From a virus (taxonomy: Duplodnaviria > Caudoviricetes): a stretch of DNA of 64,000 nt. The stretch is taken from the IMG/VR virus record IMGVR_UViG_3300035492_000236; one strand, 5' to 3'. Positions 28,089-37,936 of this stretch are shown here, piece after piece; position 1 is the first letter of the stretch, and each line of letters starts with the position of its first letter. The notes beneath the pieces were generated by a model, which was not told the DNA's origin, ran no database searches, and worked only from the letters and a program-made list of their open reading frames with translations. A program made the translations under genes and the position numbers.

Positions 28089-29658
28089 ATCTCGGATCCA
28101 GGTAAGTAAAGAGGCGACTGTTCATCACCGTAATCATGATACGAATGGATTTGCCCCAAGGACCCATGTTCGGATGGGTGGGACGTAATCCGCCATTGCC
28201 GGCATTGGTGATGCCGTTCCCGCCAATCAAGTCGATGACTTTATCGAGATTGTGCGTGGGGTAGGTTTTTCCCGTCTCCGGTTCAATAGCCGGCCGCAGG
28301 TACGGGAAGAAAGTGTCAATCACAGCATCCACGAACTCCGGGTGTCGTCGAATGCTGTCGTATTGACAATCACTGAGGATGGTCCAGTCAGTTTGCAGGG
28401 CGATGGCAAACTGGTAGTTCTTGGTTAAGTCAGGCAGGTAGTCCAGCCACACCTCATTGGTTGCGCAGTCCACTCCGACCAGGTCCATGTCTAGCGGTAC
28501 ACCGTCTTCATAGACGATGATTTTCATCACCGAACACTTACCATTCTTCCCACTGCAGTATGCATCGCGCAAATACGCCAGCGTGCTATCATCAAGGTCT
28601 ACGCCAGGAATTCCGTCAAGTGGAAACAGGAACGCAGGCTTAGTGATTTCGTCTTTATCAAACACCAACTGTCCGATGATGATCGGTACATACCCGCCAA
28701 TGGACGGCAGGTTCAAGTTAGGGTAATCGCAGGCTGGGACGTAAATGGGGAGTGTAACCTCAGCAGGCGGCGTCAATTGATTACCGGCGTTGACGTGGAC
28801 GTTACTACTGGCATCATCTTCAAAGCTCATGCCTGGGTGTGTTTGGTCGACCCACCACTCTTCTGGCAACAAAGTGTTATTGAGTATCACCGGGTAGCGC
28901 AACACCACAGCTTCGGGCCGGGTGTAACTAAAGCGGTACTGGTATTCCCCCACCCAACTGACTTGGTTATCGTCGCGGACCTGCTGCGGACCATCACCGG
29001 TAATCACCCCCACCACCCGACATGCTGTATGGCGCATTGCGTACTCTTGGCCCTGCCCTGCCATGTTACTGATCAACGTAACGGCTTTGCTGAAGTTCCA
29101 GCGTAGATATTCCAGTAGGGACTTACCGGATGGAACGTTAGTCTCCATCGCACGGTAGCAGGCAGCGGCCAGATTCAGGCAAGCGGGGGGGATGACGTAG
29201 TGGAAGTCAAACTGCGTAACCATCACAGCACGGTCTTGATCGAGAATACGCTGGATGGCATTACACCAGTTGGCGACAATCGCACGAGATGGTGCGCGCC
29301 GACGAACTGTAACCGTCACGTCGTAACGCACTTGCGTGGGCGTCATTGAGATACGGTTGTCAGTGTCTTTGAAAAACGGCAATTCGAAATCAGCACCGGG
29401 AGCCCGCTCTATCCGGTTCATGACATCACGCTGCTCATCGTAGTCGATCACAACCCGGTCGGTGTTGCCGTAGGACAGCGTACGCTGCTCGCCCACGGTG
29501 GAGTCAGGCTGCGCCACCTCGCGACCCTCACTGCCCTCGTAAACAATGTCGGCACCCTCCAGCCCCAAATAGCGCAGTAAGTTGCGACTCACACTGTCGT
29601 GGATGTTCTTTTGGATAGTGTTATTCACATCCGGAATTTCAACAATTTTGATTGGCAT
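28069..29658 (-). CDS. Virion structural protein (phiKZ gp98-like by synteny)
   Basis: Start moved to ATG 29658 (AGGAGG RBS); the GTG start at 29694 lies in the tail of a terminator. Confidence 0.6.
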   Translation of the reverse strand: MPIKIVEIPDVNNTIQKNIHDSVSRNLLRYLGLEGADIVYEGSEGREVAQPDSTVGEQRTLSYGNTDRVVIDYDEQRDVMNRIERAPGADFELPFFKDTDNRISMTPTQVRYDVTVTVRRRAPSRAIVANWCNAIQRILDQDRAVMVTQFDFHYVIPPACLNLAAACYRAMETNVPSGKSLLEYLRWNFSKAVTLISNMAGQGQEYAMRHTACRVVGVITGDGPQQVRDDNQVSWVGEYQYRFSYTRPEAVVLRYPVILNNTLLPEEWWVDQTHPGMSFEDDASSNVHVNAGNQLTPPAEVTLPIYVPACDYPNLNLPSIGGYVPIIIGQLVFDKDEITKPAFLFPLDGIPGVDLDDSTLAYLRDAYCSGKNGKCSVMKIIVYEDGVPLDMDLVGVDCATNEVWLDYLPDLTKNYQFAIALQTDWTILSDCQYDSIRRHPEFVDAVIDTFFPYLRPAIEPETGKTYPTHNLDKVIDLIGGNGITNAGNGGLRPTHPNMGPWGKSIRIMITVMNSRLFTYLDPRYGTRSA

Positions 29659-29694
29659 ATTGTTAGCCCTCCTACATGATGTCTGAGAACGCAC

Positions 29695-29728
29695 AAAAAA
29701 CCAACAGCAGGGGCCGAAGCCCCCGCTG
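29695..29728 (-). terminator. Rho-independent terminator
   Basis: ACAGCGGGGC-TTCG-GCCCCTGCTGT then GGTTTTTT. Confidence 0.8.
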
Positions 29729-29753
29729 TCGATTCAACTAGCTAAGGGTAACC

Positions 29754-30998
29754 TTAGGCAGCTTTGTAAGCACCGATAGACGCGGCGATGTAGCCAGCGA
29801 TACCGGCACCGGCGTTCTTCAGACCGGTAATCACAGCACGCTCTTGGGCCTTGGCGTTGCCAACCACTTGACGGGCCTTGGCCAGGTCGGCTTTGGCTTT
29901 ACGCTCCTTGTCAGAGTCGCTGTCCTTCTTGGCGTCTTTAACAGCCTTGGCAGCTTCACCCACTGCCTTGGCCAGCTCTTCCATGGCGGCATTGGCGTCA
30001 CGGAAACCTTTCAGTTTGGTTTCCAGAGCGTCGCCGATGGCGTACAGGGCCTCAACACCAGCTTTACACTTGGCAGCGTCCAGGGGCTGGATCTTTTCTT
30101 TACCGGCCGGCTTGTCCGGGGCGGCTACGAAACGGGTGTAAGCGATGTCGTTATGGGTGTAATCGACCACGTAAGCATTGCCAGGCAGCGCGCGAACGTT
30201 CAGGTTGGTAGCGCCCTGAGGAACGATGGCCAGCTTCTTGGAAACTTTCTTACCGAACTCGGTAGTGGCGGTTTTGGCACCATCGCCCACGGGAGAGCCA
30301 CCGCGAACCAGTTTGTTGGCGTCGCTAACAGAAGCTGCAACTTTGGTGGCCAGTTTGTCCAGCGAGGCGCTGTCTTTACCCAGACCCACGCAGAAGTCGT
30401 AGTTGAAAGCTTCGTCCACGGTAAGCTGTTTAACCCAGCCACCATCAACTTCTTTCTTGTCCTGCACGCCCAGACCCTTGTTCAGACGGGCTTCCAGTTT
30501 CTCGGCGCGCTTCTTCAGCGACTTACCGGCGTTGGTCAGCTTCAGCAGCTGGTCTTTGGCCTTGGCGATCAGCTCTTTCAGCCACTTAACGAAAGTGTCC
30601 CACATGTTAGCGGCAGCGTCTTTCAGGGACTCTACAGCCACCTGGGTGGCACGACGACGGCCATCGGCAGAGGAGAAGGATTCCAGGCCAACTTTCTGGC
30701 GCTTCACGCCCCACTTGGCGGTGAAGGCTTCGGCGGCGATTTCGGTGGCGCGGGCGGCAGTTTCATCCATGCCGTCTTCTTCCAGAGAAGCTTCGGCGTT
30801 GTCGGTCAGGGCGTCCAGTTGCTCCTGGTCATGCTCCAGTTCTTCACCGTCAGCGATCAGGCTTTCGATGTCCTTGTCCTGGCCTTCGATTTCCACCAGG
30901 TCGGCTTCCAGAGTTTCGGAAGGCACTTCCATCAGGTCGGCGTTTTCTACGTTCTCGTCGAACTCTTCAACCGCAACCCAGCTTTTACGATAAGACAT
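29754..30998 (-). CDS. Internal head/ejection protein (phiKZ gp93-97 / SPN3US gp53-type family)
   Basis: Start ATG 30998. Acidic propeptide with VAVE, VGLE and VAVE protease motifs followed by an amphipathic MWDTFVKWLKELI helix; extreme codon bias. Confidence 0.8.
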   Translation of the reverse strand: MSYRKSWVAVEEFDENVENADLMEVPSETLEADLVEIEGQDKDIESLIADGEELEHDQEQLDALTDNAEASLEEDGMDETAARATEIAAEAFTAKWGVKRQKVGLESFSSADGRRRATQVAVESLKDAAANMWDTFVKWLKELIAKAKDQLLKLTNAGKSLKKRAEKLEARLNKGLGVQDKKEVDGGWVKQLTVDEAFNYDFCVGLGKDSASLDKLATKVAASVSDANKLVRGGSPVGDGAKTATTEFGKKVSKKLAIVPQGATNLNVRALPGNAYVVDYTHNDIAYTRFVAAPDKPAGKEKIQPLDAAKCKAGVEALYAIGDALETKLKGFRDANAAMEELAKAVGEAAKAVKDAKKDSDSDKERKAKADLAKARQVVGNAKAQERAVITGLKNAGAGIAGYIAASIGAYKAA

Positions 30999-31100
30999 GT
31001 GTATTTTCCTTTTATGGTTAACCATTACAACAAACTAAACCTACACAATATAGGTCGATTTGGAAATAGGGCCCGTTCAAGGTGAACAGGGGGTTGCCCC

Positions 31101-31649
31101 TCACAAAGAGGGGCGATGATCCATCACTGCGTAAATCTTCGACAGCGCTGTCAGAGTTTGCAGCATATCATCGATGCCGTTTTTACGGAGTAACCACATA
31201 TGCAGGATGTCTCGGTGTGCATATGATAGTAACTCTTTACGCACATGGCCTTGTCCAAAGGATGGTGCCGTGACCCGATTGTCGCCTTTGAAGCGCGCAA
31301 ACTGTTGTCCGGTGATACTGCCTTTGTTACCGACCAGTCCTTCTTTAGGAGTGTCATAGATATCGTTAATGATACCAGCCCACAGTTCCAGCCGGATAGG
31401 CCGACCTTCACCCAGGATGAAACCCACAGACTCATTATAGAAACGACGCACAGTGTCGCTGTCATACAATGCACCTGTGACCGGCGGTTTGGCTGCAAAG
31501 CCAGACATCAGCGGAATCAACGTTGCACATACTTCGATCACACTATGGATTGTTTCAAACCGACGAGCTTGCATCGGGTTCGCTTGAAACAGCGTCCACA
31601 GGTCATCGAGCTGCACAATCGAGGCCTTAACTCGGTCGATTGAGACCAT
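31101..31649 (-). CDS. Minor capsid protein (phiKZ gp91-like by synteny)
   Basis: 182 aa, overlaps the end of 31627..32553. Confidence 0.5.
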   Translation of the reverse strand: MVSIDRVKASIVQLDDLWTLFQANPMQARRFETIHSVIEVCATLIPLMSGFAAKPPVTGALYDSDTVRRFYNESVGFILGEGRPIRLELWAGIINDIYDTPKEGLVGNKGSITGQQFARFKGDNRVTAPSFGQGHVRKELLSYAHRDILHMWLLRKNGIDDMLQTLTALSKIYAVMDHRPSL

Positions 31650-32553
31650 ACTTCTTCTCCATCTTCTCGATCTTCTGCTTGATGAGGTTGAGACGTTCTT
31701 CTTCGTCTTTCAGGCGTCGCTCCAATGCCGCATCACCTTTACCTTGCTCCAGTCGCTGCTTGATCAGGATGGTCCGGTACTCCAAAGCACGAGCGTCCGC
31801 CTTAGCTTGATCGTAGCGGGCCAACTGACGCTCCGCCCAGATCATACCAATACGGTAACTAAAGGACAGCGGGAAGGGCAGGTTGGCCATGTGGAACGGG
31901 TCCATGCGACCACTCCCCACCACGACCCGCATGTCGGCTTCGGCGGTGGCATCGATCAACATGTCGGGAATCTTACCCAGATCGCTTTCCAGTTGCTTGG
32001 CGTCGGTATCCATGATACGCATTGCAATCACGAACGAGTGACGATTGGCCATCAGGTATTGCTGGTCATCTGGCGCGACGCCATCCAACGGGCGGCGACT
32101 ATCGGACAGGTTGTTCAGTTCTACCGCCGACACATAGTTGAAGTACAGCCGTGCGTAGTTCACGAAGAACTCGGCCACCTCGGCCAGCTGCAGCAAATTG
32201 GCTTTGCCAAAGGTCAGACCACTGGACACCACACGTGCACCGAACTCTTTGGTCACCTGGTTCTTCAGCAGCGGCAACGTGGTCTGCATGTTGGTGGCCA
32301 CTTTGTGGATCAACTCCAGGCTGTTGGCATCGCGGTACGGTACCTTGCCTTTATAACCGGTGACAATCACGTCGTTCAACTGCTTAACTTCAGCGGATGC
32401 CCAGTCACGTTTGCCAGGGAGGGCTTCCGCCAGTGCTTTCATCGACGGAATGGTCTCACTGTCGAGCTCATCCGCCAGGTTCATCAGACTATCGCGCAGA
32501 GACGATGCCTCAAACGACGGCAGCATCCCTTTAATGTATTCAACCACACTCAT
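31627..32553 (-). CDS. Virion head protein (phiKZ gp90-like)
   Basis: 308 aa, C-terminal coiled coil, syntenic position. Confidence 0.65.
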   Translation of the reverse strand: MSVVEYIKGMLPSFEASSLRDSLMNLADELDSETIPSMKALAEALPGKRDWASAEVKQLNDVIVTGYKGKVPYRDANSLELIHKVATNMQTTLPLLKNQVTKEFGARVVSSGLTFGKANLLQLAEVAEFFVNYARLYFNYVSAVELNNLSDSRRPLDGVAPDDQQYLMANRHSFVIAMRIMDTDAKQLESDLGKIPDMLIDATAEADMRVVVGSGRMDPFHMANLPFPLSFSYRIGMIWAERQLARYDQAKADARALEYRTILIKQRLEQGKGDAALERRLKDEEERLNLIKQKIEKMEKKYGLNRPS

Positions 32554-32567
32554 GGTCAGTTCCTTAT

Positions 32568-33803
32568 TTAGATGACAGGGGCATTGCCGGCTTGGTAGGC
32601 CTTTACAATGTCTTCTACGTTGTTGTTAGCGCCCTTGGAGGCACGCTTCAGGTCACTCTTGGATAGGGTATTGGACGCATCCACAGACCGGTGGTAGAAG
32701 GTCACAGTGTCCCACTTGGTGTCCACTACAGCCATGATCATAGCGGCGGTGCTGGCAAAGACTTTCTCCCGCACTTTGAAGTTATCCAGATCGTCACCGA
32801 AGTGGAAGGCGGCTTCGTCGGCGGTTTCCTGCGACATCACCAGAAACGCCGAAGCGTTATTAATGGAGGGAGACAGCGAGAACAGGCCAGACAGGAAGTT
32901 ACGATTACGGCGACGCATCATATGCTCATAGAAGCCCGATTTGTCACGCACACGCGCCCGGCGGGCTTCTGCAACCAGATCGTGGCAGAACAGCAGGTCT
33001 TTAACGAACGACAGATCACCGTTGCGCATCCGACGCCAACGGGTACTGAAAGTGTTATCCACGCCGGCGGCAGAGACGATGGTCTTCATTGACTCTTGGT
33101 CGGTGTTGGTTACGGCCAAACGGATGGTCAGTGGCACAGTGATCTTGTTACCATTGCGCTCCAGGGTCAGCTCCAGCATTTTACCTGTAGACAGATTGGA
33201 CAGCTCATCGATGGTCTTCAGGTCATTGCGACCGAAGCCACCACCACCGCCTTTTTTGCCGTCACCTTTACCGCTATCGACATTAACGTTCTGATTGACG
33301 TTAACGTTCACTTCGGTTTCTTCGGTGATCTGTTCGCCACGCAGCCGGCGTTGTTCCCGCTTCAGTTCTTCGGTGACCTTGTCCGCTTCCAGCGCGAAGC
33401 ACTCAGCGGCGATAGAACCGTGGTAGGCGGGACCGCTGGACGGCAAGCCGTATTCCAGCGACTCCGTACCAACAAACTTGTAGATGGCGGCACCTGACCC
33501 CAAGATCGATTCGATCGGGTCACGTTTTACAGCCAGTTTATCCAGCACACGTTTGACGTTGATCTCCGGCACATCCACCAGCAGCGTGGCAGCGCTCAAA
33601 AAGTACCCAGAGATCAGGGACAGACCCCGGTCCAACACGTCCGGCAGGTAATCCAGATACAGCAAGTCGTTTTCGACCAGGGTCAAAAAGTCGTTGCGGG
33701 TGGTCCGGGTATATTCCGGCAAGGAATCACCCCGCTGCGCAAACAGATCAGGCAGGTTCGTCACGATGCCTGACAGCAGGGTTTTGGTTTCTTCTGCTAA
33801 CAT
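32568..33803 (-). CDS. Virion head/inner-body protein (phiKZ gp89-like)
   Basis: 411 aa; SLE and ALE cleavage motifs in the N-terminal part; syntenic position. Confidence 0.65.
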   Translation of the reverse strand: MLAEETKTLLSGIVTNLPDLFAQRGDSLPEYTRTTRNDFLTLVENDLLYLDYLPDVLDRGLSLISGYFLSAATLLVDVPEINVKRVLDKLAVKRDPIESILGSGAAIYKFVGTESLEYGLPSSGPAYHGSIAAECFALEADKVTEELKREQRRLRGEQITEETEVNVNVNQNVNVDSGKGDGKKGGGGGFGRNDLKTIDELSNLSTGKMLELTLERNGNKITVPLTIRLAVTNTDQESMKTIVSAAGVDNTFSTRWRRMRNGDLSFVKDLLFCHDLVAEARRARVRDKSGFYEHMMRRRNRNFLSGLFSLSPSINNASAFLVMSQETADEAAFHFGDDLDNFKVREKVFASTAAMIMAVVDTKWDTVTFYHRSVDASNTLSKSDLKRASKGANNNVEDIVKAYQAGNAPVI

Positions 33804-33835
33804 AATTCGATTACTCCGGTGAAGGAAAGTTTAAC

Positions 33836-34969
33836 ATGTCAGAACACGACAATCAGGTCCCCACAGATTACAGCGATCCGGCCACGCTGGAACTTATTAG
33901 CAAGCTCCGTCGGCGACGTGTAGATCGGCTGACCGGACGTGGCGATGCGGCCTCGCCTATCACAAACACATTAATGGGGTTTAACCATAGAATGGCGCCG
34001 ACACAGGTGCCGAAGAACCGGGAGCGGGTCGGGTACACCTTTTTTACCCGCCCTGACATGCACATTACCAGGGAGACCGCACGGGCCTCACGACGCATCC
34101 AGAAGTTGGTCGACATGCCCATGAATAGTGCTCAGCGGGCAATCATTGCCATGCTAGACCCCCTGTCGGAATTCACCACTATGGTTAAAGGCAACACCGC
34201 GCTGGGACTACGTTGCCACCCCGACATCCCGTTTGATAACCGCCAGGCCTTTCTCCCCATCCTAAGCAACCGCCTGGTGTCATTGTCAGGATTTCCTGAC
34301 AATACCTTGGATGTGTACCTGTCGAATGAGGGTATTAAGCGAGAACAATTTGCTTTAATCGACTCACACTACGCGGTGAACAACGCCTACACGTTAAACG
34401 CCGTGTTTCAGAACCTGGACAAGGACATCATCACCGAACTACTATCCACTTGGCTGGAATTAATGTCCGGGTACTTTGACGGAACTTTCATTCCCCGGAT
34501 GCGCAACATGGTCCAGCATGAAAAGAATTACGAGACTCGCATTTATCGGTTGCTGATGGACCCCACCAACCGCTTCGTTACGAAGATCGGGGCGGGGATT
34601 GCCGGCTTCCCTGTTAACGACACTCTCGGTTCGGTCATGAATGTCGACACAGCCAATCTGTTAACTGAAGCCAATGACCAGATCAACGTGCAGTTCCAGA
34701 TGGTGGGGGCACAGTACCTCGACCCGATCTTGGTGGAGGAGTTCAACGCCACCGTAGCGCTATTCAATCCAGACATGGTGCCGGAAGATTACAGTGCGGA
34801 CGTATACCGACCTTCTGGCTGGGAGAACTTGGCACGTCTTTACCCTGACGAATTGGCAACGTTCAACTACTACGGCTACCCGTACATAGATCCACAAACC
34901 ATGGAGTTACAATGGTACGTGGACGTCGAAGACTATCATCGTATCCTAGAGGAAACTGGCAATGGCTAA
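33836..34969 (+). CDS. Virion structural protein (phiKZ gp88-like)
   Basis: 377 aa; GYTFFTRPD motif typical of tube/hub-like proteins; divergent from the gp89-like gene. Confidence 0.65.
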   Translation: MSEHDNQVPTDYSDPATLELISKLRRRRVDRLTGRGDAASPITNTLMGFNHRMAPTQVPKNRERVGYTFFTRPDMHITRETARASRRIQKLVDMPMNSAQRAIIAMLDPLSEFTTMVKGNTALGLRCHPDIPFDNRQAFLPILSNRLVSLSGFPDNTLDVYLSNEGIKREQFALIDSHYAVNNAYTLNAVFQNLDKDIITELLSTWLELMSGYFDGTFIPRMRNMVQHEKNYETRIYRLLMDPTNRFVTKIGAGIAGFPVNDTLGSVMNVDTANLLTEANDQINVQFQMVGAQYLDPILVEEFNATVALFNPDMVPEDYSADVYRPSGWENLARLYPDELATFNYYGYPYIDPQTMELQWYVDVEDYHRILEETGNG

Positions 34970-37892
34970 CCACATTCGAGCATTACTGGCAGACATGCGC
35001 AAAGTGATGTACAACCCCTCCCTGTTGCAAGATGCGGTTCTGGATACCTTAACCGCAGTGAATGATGGAGAGGACATTGAGATCCTCGATCCAAATAACC
35101 CGGTGGTGTTTTCTATCGAAGCTGCCGCCACCCTCGCCCAGGCCAGCATCGAACAGGGACAGAAAGTCCTGCGGCGGCGTAATGCAGTCATGGCCACGGA
35201 ATGGGAAGACCTTTACGGCCACATGTCTGACCGCGACACATTGGGTCGGTTTGCGCAACCGGCGCGCACCACAATCGCCCTACTCATCGGTAAAGATGAA
35301 GTGATGAACAAAGCGATGCCGCGCGATCATTCAGGTGTGCGAAAACTGGTGATTCCCACCGACACTGAAATCATCGTAGCGGGACACCCTTTCACTTTGC
35401 AATACCCGATTGAATTCCGGGTCATGCCGTATGGCGGCATTCAGGTGATTTACGACACCAGCGTTCAATCGCCGATCCGCGAACTGTCCAGCAACACCCT
35501 CGACTGGCGGATGGCATCCGTCCCGTACGACGGACGACCCATCGACACCATGATCGTGCAGATACCAGTCCTACAGTACCGCATTACACCATTCACTGAC
35601 GTTATCACCGAAGGGGTGAGTTGGCGTCATCGCTATCAGTTCGAAGACCAGTACTTCACTGCGCGTGTGTGGGTACGTGAACGCACCACCTGGAAGGAGA
35701 TCGGCACCACCCACTCTATTGAGGTTATCGATCCCCTTAAGCCCACTGCCCAACTGCAAGTACTGAATAATGAACTGCAGGTGCATATCCCGGACGTGTA
35801 CGTTCGCACGGGACTGGTACGCGGCGATGTTCGGGTGGACATATACACCACGCGTGGCAAAGTGGAACTTGACCTGTCCAAGTACGAGGCCAGTGACTAC
35901 CAGTTCGTGCTGCGGGATTTAAGTGGACGCATTGATCGCCAGTTCTACACACCACTGAACACGTTCTCTCAACTGTCAATGATGTCTGCCGACCAACTCC
36001 GTGGTGGGCGCCCTGCCCTGACTTTCATGGAATTCAGGGACCGGGTGATCGATAACTCATTCGGCGCACGCAAGTTACCAGTGTCTGAGAAGCAGCTGGA
36101 AACCGCCCTGGCCGACGAGGGTTTCAGTGTGGTCAAGAGCATTGACTATGTGACTGAGCGGATCTACTTGGCTTCCATCGACATGCCAGAGTCCACCATC
36201 CCTGGGTTATCTACCGCCATCGGCACCATGAACGGCATCGTAACGGCCAGCGTGGCCACGCTGGCCACGCTAGATACCGTGAAGGACAACGGCAAGCGGC
36301 TGACGATTCTACCTTCCACACTGTACCGTTACCAAAACGGTGAGGTTACGTTGGACACCGTCGGTGGGTTAGGTGAGTACCTGCGAATGGAGGCCAATCA
36401 GCTGGTGGCGGAAGTAAATGCCAACACCCTTTTATACACGCCGTTTCATTACGTGCTGGATATCAATGGGGAGATTGCTGAGAGCCGACCGTACTATCTC
36501 AGCAGTCCCGCCATCACAAACAAACGGTTCAACACCACCAACGAGACCTTGGCGTTGGAGGTATCAACTGACACATACAACCTGGAACCCCACGACCGTG
36601 GCTATCGGCTACTGATCAAAACCAAGAGCGACAAGACGTATCGTTCCTTAAAGAACGAACAGTGTCATGTGCAGATCAGCTTCACTCCACGGGGTTATGT
36701 TGGCCAGTATGCGTATCTGGATGGAACCTATGTCGGTACGGATCCGGACGGTGAGCGGGTGTTTGAGTTTATCCTCGACACCAACCTTGATATCGATCGA
36801 AATCACGACTTGATTGTGACGAACTTTATCATGGTTGGCGATAGTGTAACGCCCATCCCCATGCCATTGAATGTCAACATGAATGTGATTTACAGTGTGT
36901 CTGATTACACCACTCCTGATTACCGGGCGGTGGAGGTTGATCGCATTCTGCGCTCACGTGATTTCGGGGCAAAGGCGGCGACCCATGAAGAGCTACGGTT
37001 TGACCTGGGGTCACATCTGGGCGCACTCTGGGCCAACACACGCACTGTGGCAGGCACGCTCCATTACGTTAGACATGAAGAGGATGTCTATGACACCTAT
37101 GCGGAGGACGTCTATGAACGGGATGAGGTGCTGGGAACGCACAAGTACACCATCGAGACCGTTGATGGCAAACCTGTGGTAAAGCGTAATCTACTGCACA
37201 AAAAAGGCGATCCTGTATTGAAGAACGGTGAGCCTGTAGTACTACACCAGGCAGGCGATGTGGTACTGGGCAGTGACGGTAAGCCCATCATCGCACAACC
37301 TCGTAAGGTATTGCGGCGAATGGAGATGTTCTTAATGGACGCCAAATTCCTGATCTCTCAAACACAGGAGACCCAGGAATACCGGAAGATGGTTGAACAG
37401 CAGTTGCTCAAGTACATTCTGGTTGACATTCCCTCGGTCGACACTAGATTACTGGAAAAGACCTCACTGTATTTCTTCCCCAAAACCACCATGGGCATGT
37501 TGGATGTATTGTTGGGCGATGGTAATATTACCAAATTGCCTGCCGAGACCCGGTTCTCCATCAGGTACTACCTGACAGGAGCTACGCGTCAGAACGGCGA
37601 CTTCCTCAACGCGTTGGCAGAGACCACCCGGTCAGCCATTAAGGTGAACTTGCGGGGGCAGACAATCTCAGCGTCGGCCATTACCGCGGAAATCAGACGT
37701 CGTCTTGGCGACGAGATTATCGATGTGGAAATGGACGGTATTGGCGAGGGGCAGGATATCTTCATCTTCAGCATGAAGGACCCGTCAGCTCGCCCTGCAA
37801 TTGGGAAGAAGTTGTCGGTCAATCCGGACTGGTCCGTATCGATTCGTGACGACATCTCAATTGCCTATAACCGGCATGATGTGACAGCATAA
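34962..37892 (+). CDS. Large virion structural protein, probable baseplate wedge (phiKZ gp87-like)
   Basis: 976 aa; DVRVDIYTTRG and LRGGRPAL...FRDRVI resemble baseplate J/gp6-type segments. Confidence 0.65.
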   Translation: MANHIRALLADMRKVMYNPSLLQDAVLDTLTAVNDGEDIEILDPNNPVVFSIEAAATLAQASIEQGQKVLRRRNAVMATEWEDLYGHMSDRDTLGRFAQPARTTIALLIGKDEVMNKAMPRDHSGVRKLVIPTDTEIIVAGHPFTLQYPIEFRVMPYGGIQVIYDTSVQSPIRELSSNTLDWRMASVPYDGRPIDTMIVQIPVLQYRITPFTDVITEGVSWRHRYQFEDQYFTARVWVRERTTWKEIGTTHSIEVIDPLKPTAQLQVLNNELQVHIPDVYVRTGLVRGDVRVDIYTTRGKVELDLSKYEASDYQFVLRDLSGRIDRQFYTPLNTFSQLSMMSADQLRGGRPALTFMEFRDRVIDNSFGARKLPVSEKQLETALADEGFSVVKSIDYVTERIYLASIDMPESTIPGLSTAIGTMNGIVTASVATLATLDTVKDNGKRLTILPSTLYRYQNGEVTLDTVGGLGEYLRMEANQLVAEVNANTLLYTPFHYVLDINGEIAESRPYYLSSPAITNKRFNTTNETLALEVSTDTYNLEPHDRGYRLLIKTKSDKTYRSLKNEQCHVQISFTPRGYVGQYAYLDGTYVGTDPDGERVFEFILDTNLDIDRNHDLIVTNFIMVGDSVTPIPMPLNVNMNVIYSVSDYTTPDYRAVEVDRILRSRDFGAKAATHEELRFDLGSHLGALWANTRTVAGTLHYVRHEEDVYDTYAEDVYERDEVLGTHKYTIETVDGKPVVKRNLLHKKGDPVLKNGEPVVLHQAGDVVLGSDGKPIIAQPRKVLRRMEMFLMDAKFLISQTQETQEYRKMVEQQLLKYILVDIPSVDTRLLEKTSLYFFPKTTMGMLDVLLGDGNITKLPAETRFSIRYYLTGATRQNGDFLNALAETTRSAIKVNLRGQTISASAITAEIRRRLGDEIIDVEMDGIGEGQDIFIFSMKDPSARPAIGKKLSVNPDWSVSIRDDISIAYNRHDVTA

Positions 37893-37896
37893 GACG

Positions 37897-37929
37897 CTAG
37901 GGTGGGGATCTCCCCACCCTAGTTCTTTT
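37897..37929 (+). terminator. Rho-independent terminator between convergent genes
   Basis: CTAGGGTGGGGA/TCCCCACCCTAG perfect stem followed by TTCTTT. Confidence 0.8.
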
Positions 37930-37936
37930 ATGTGTG

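Noticed and set aside
29844-31085. 413-aa plus-strand ORF antisense to the internal head protein
   Set aside because: Shadow ORF caused by the strong codon bias of a highly expressed gene; no RBS or motif. The same applies to 18534..19577 and 19743..20777 over the MCP, and to 45616..46185.
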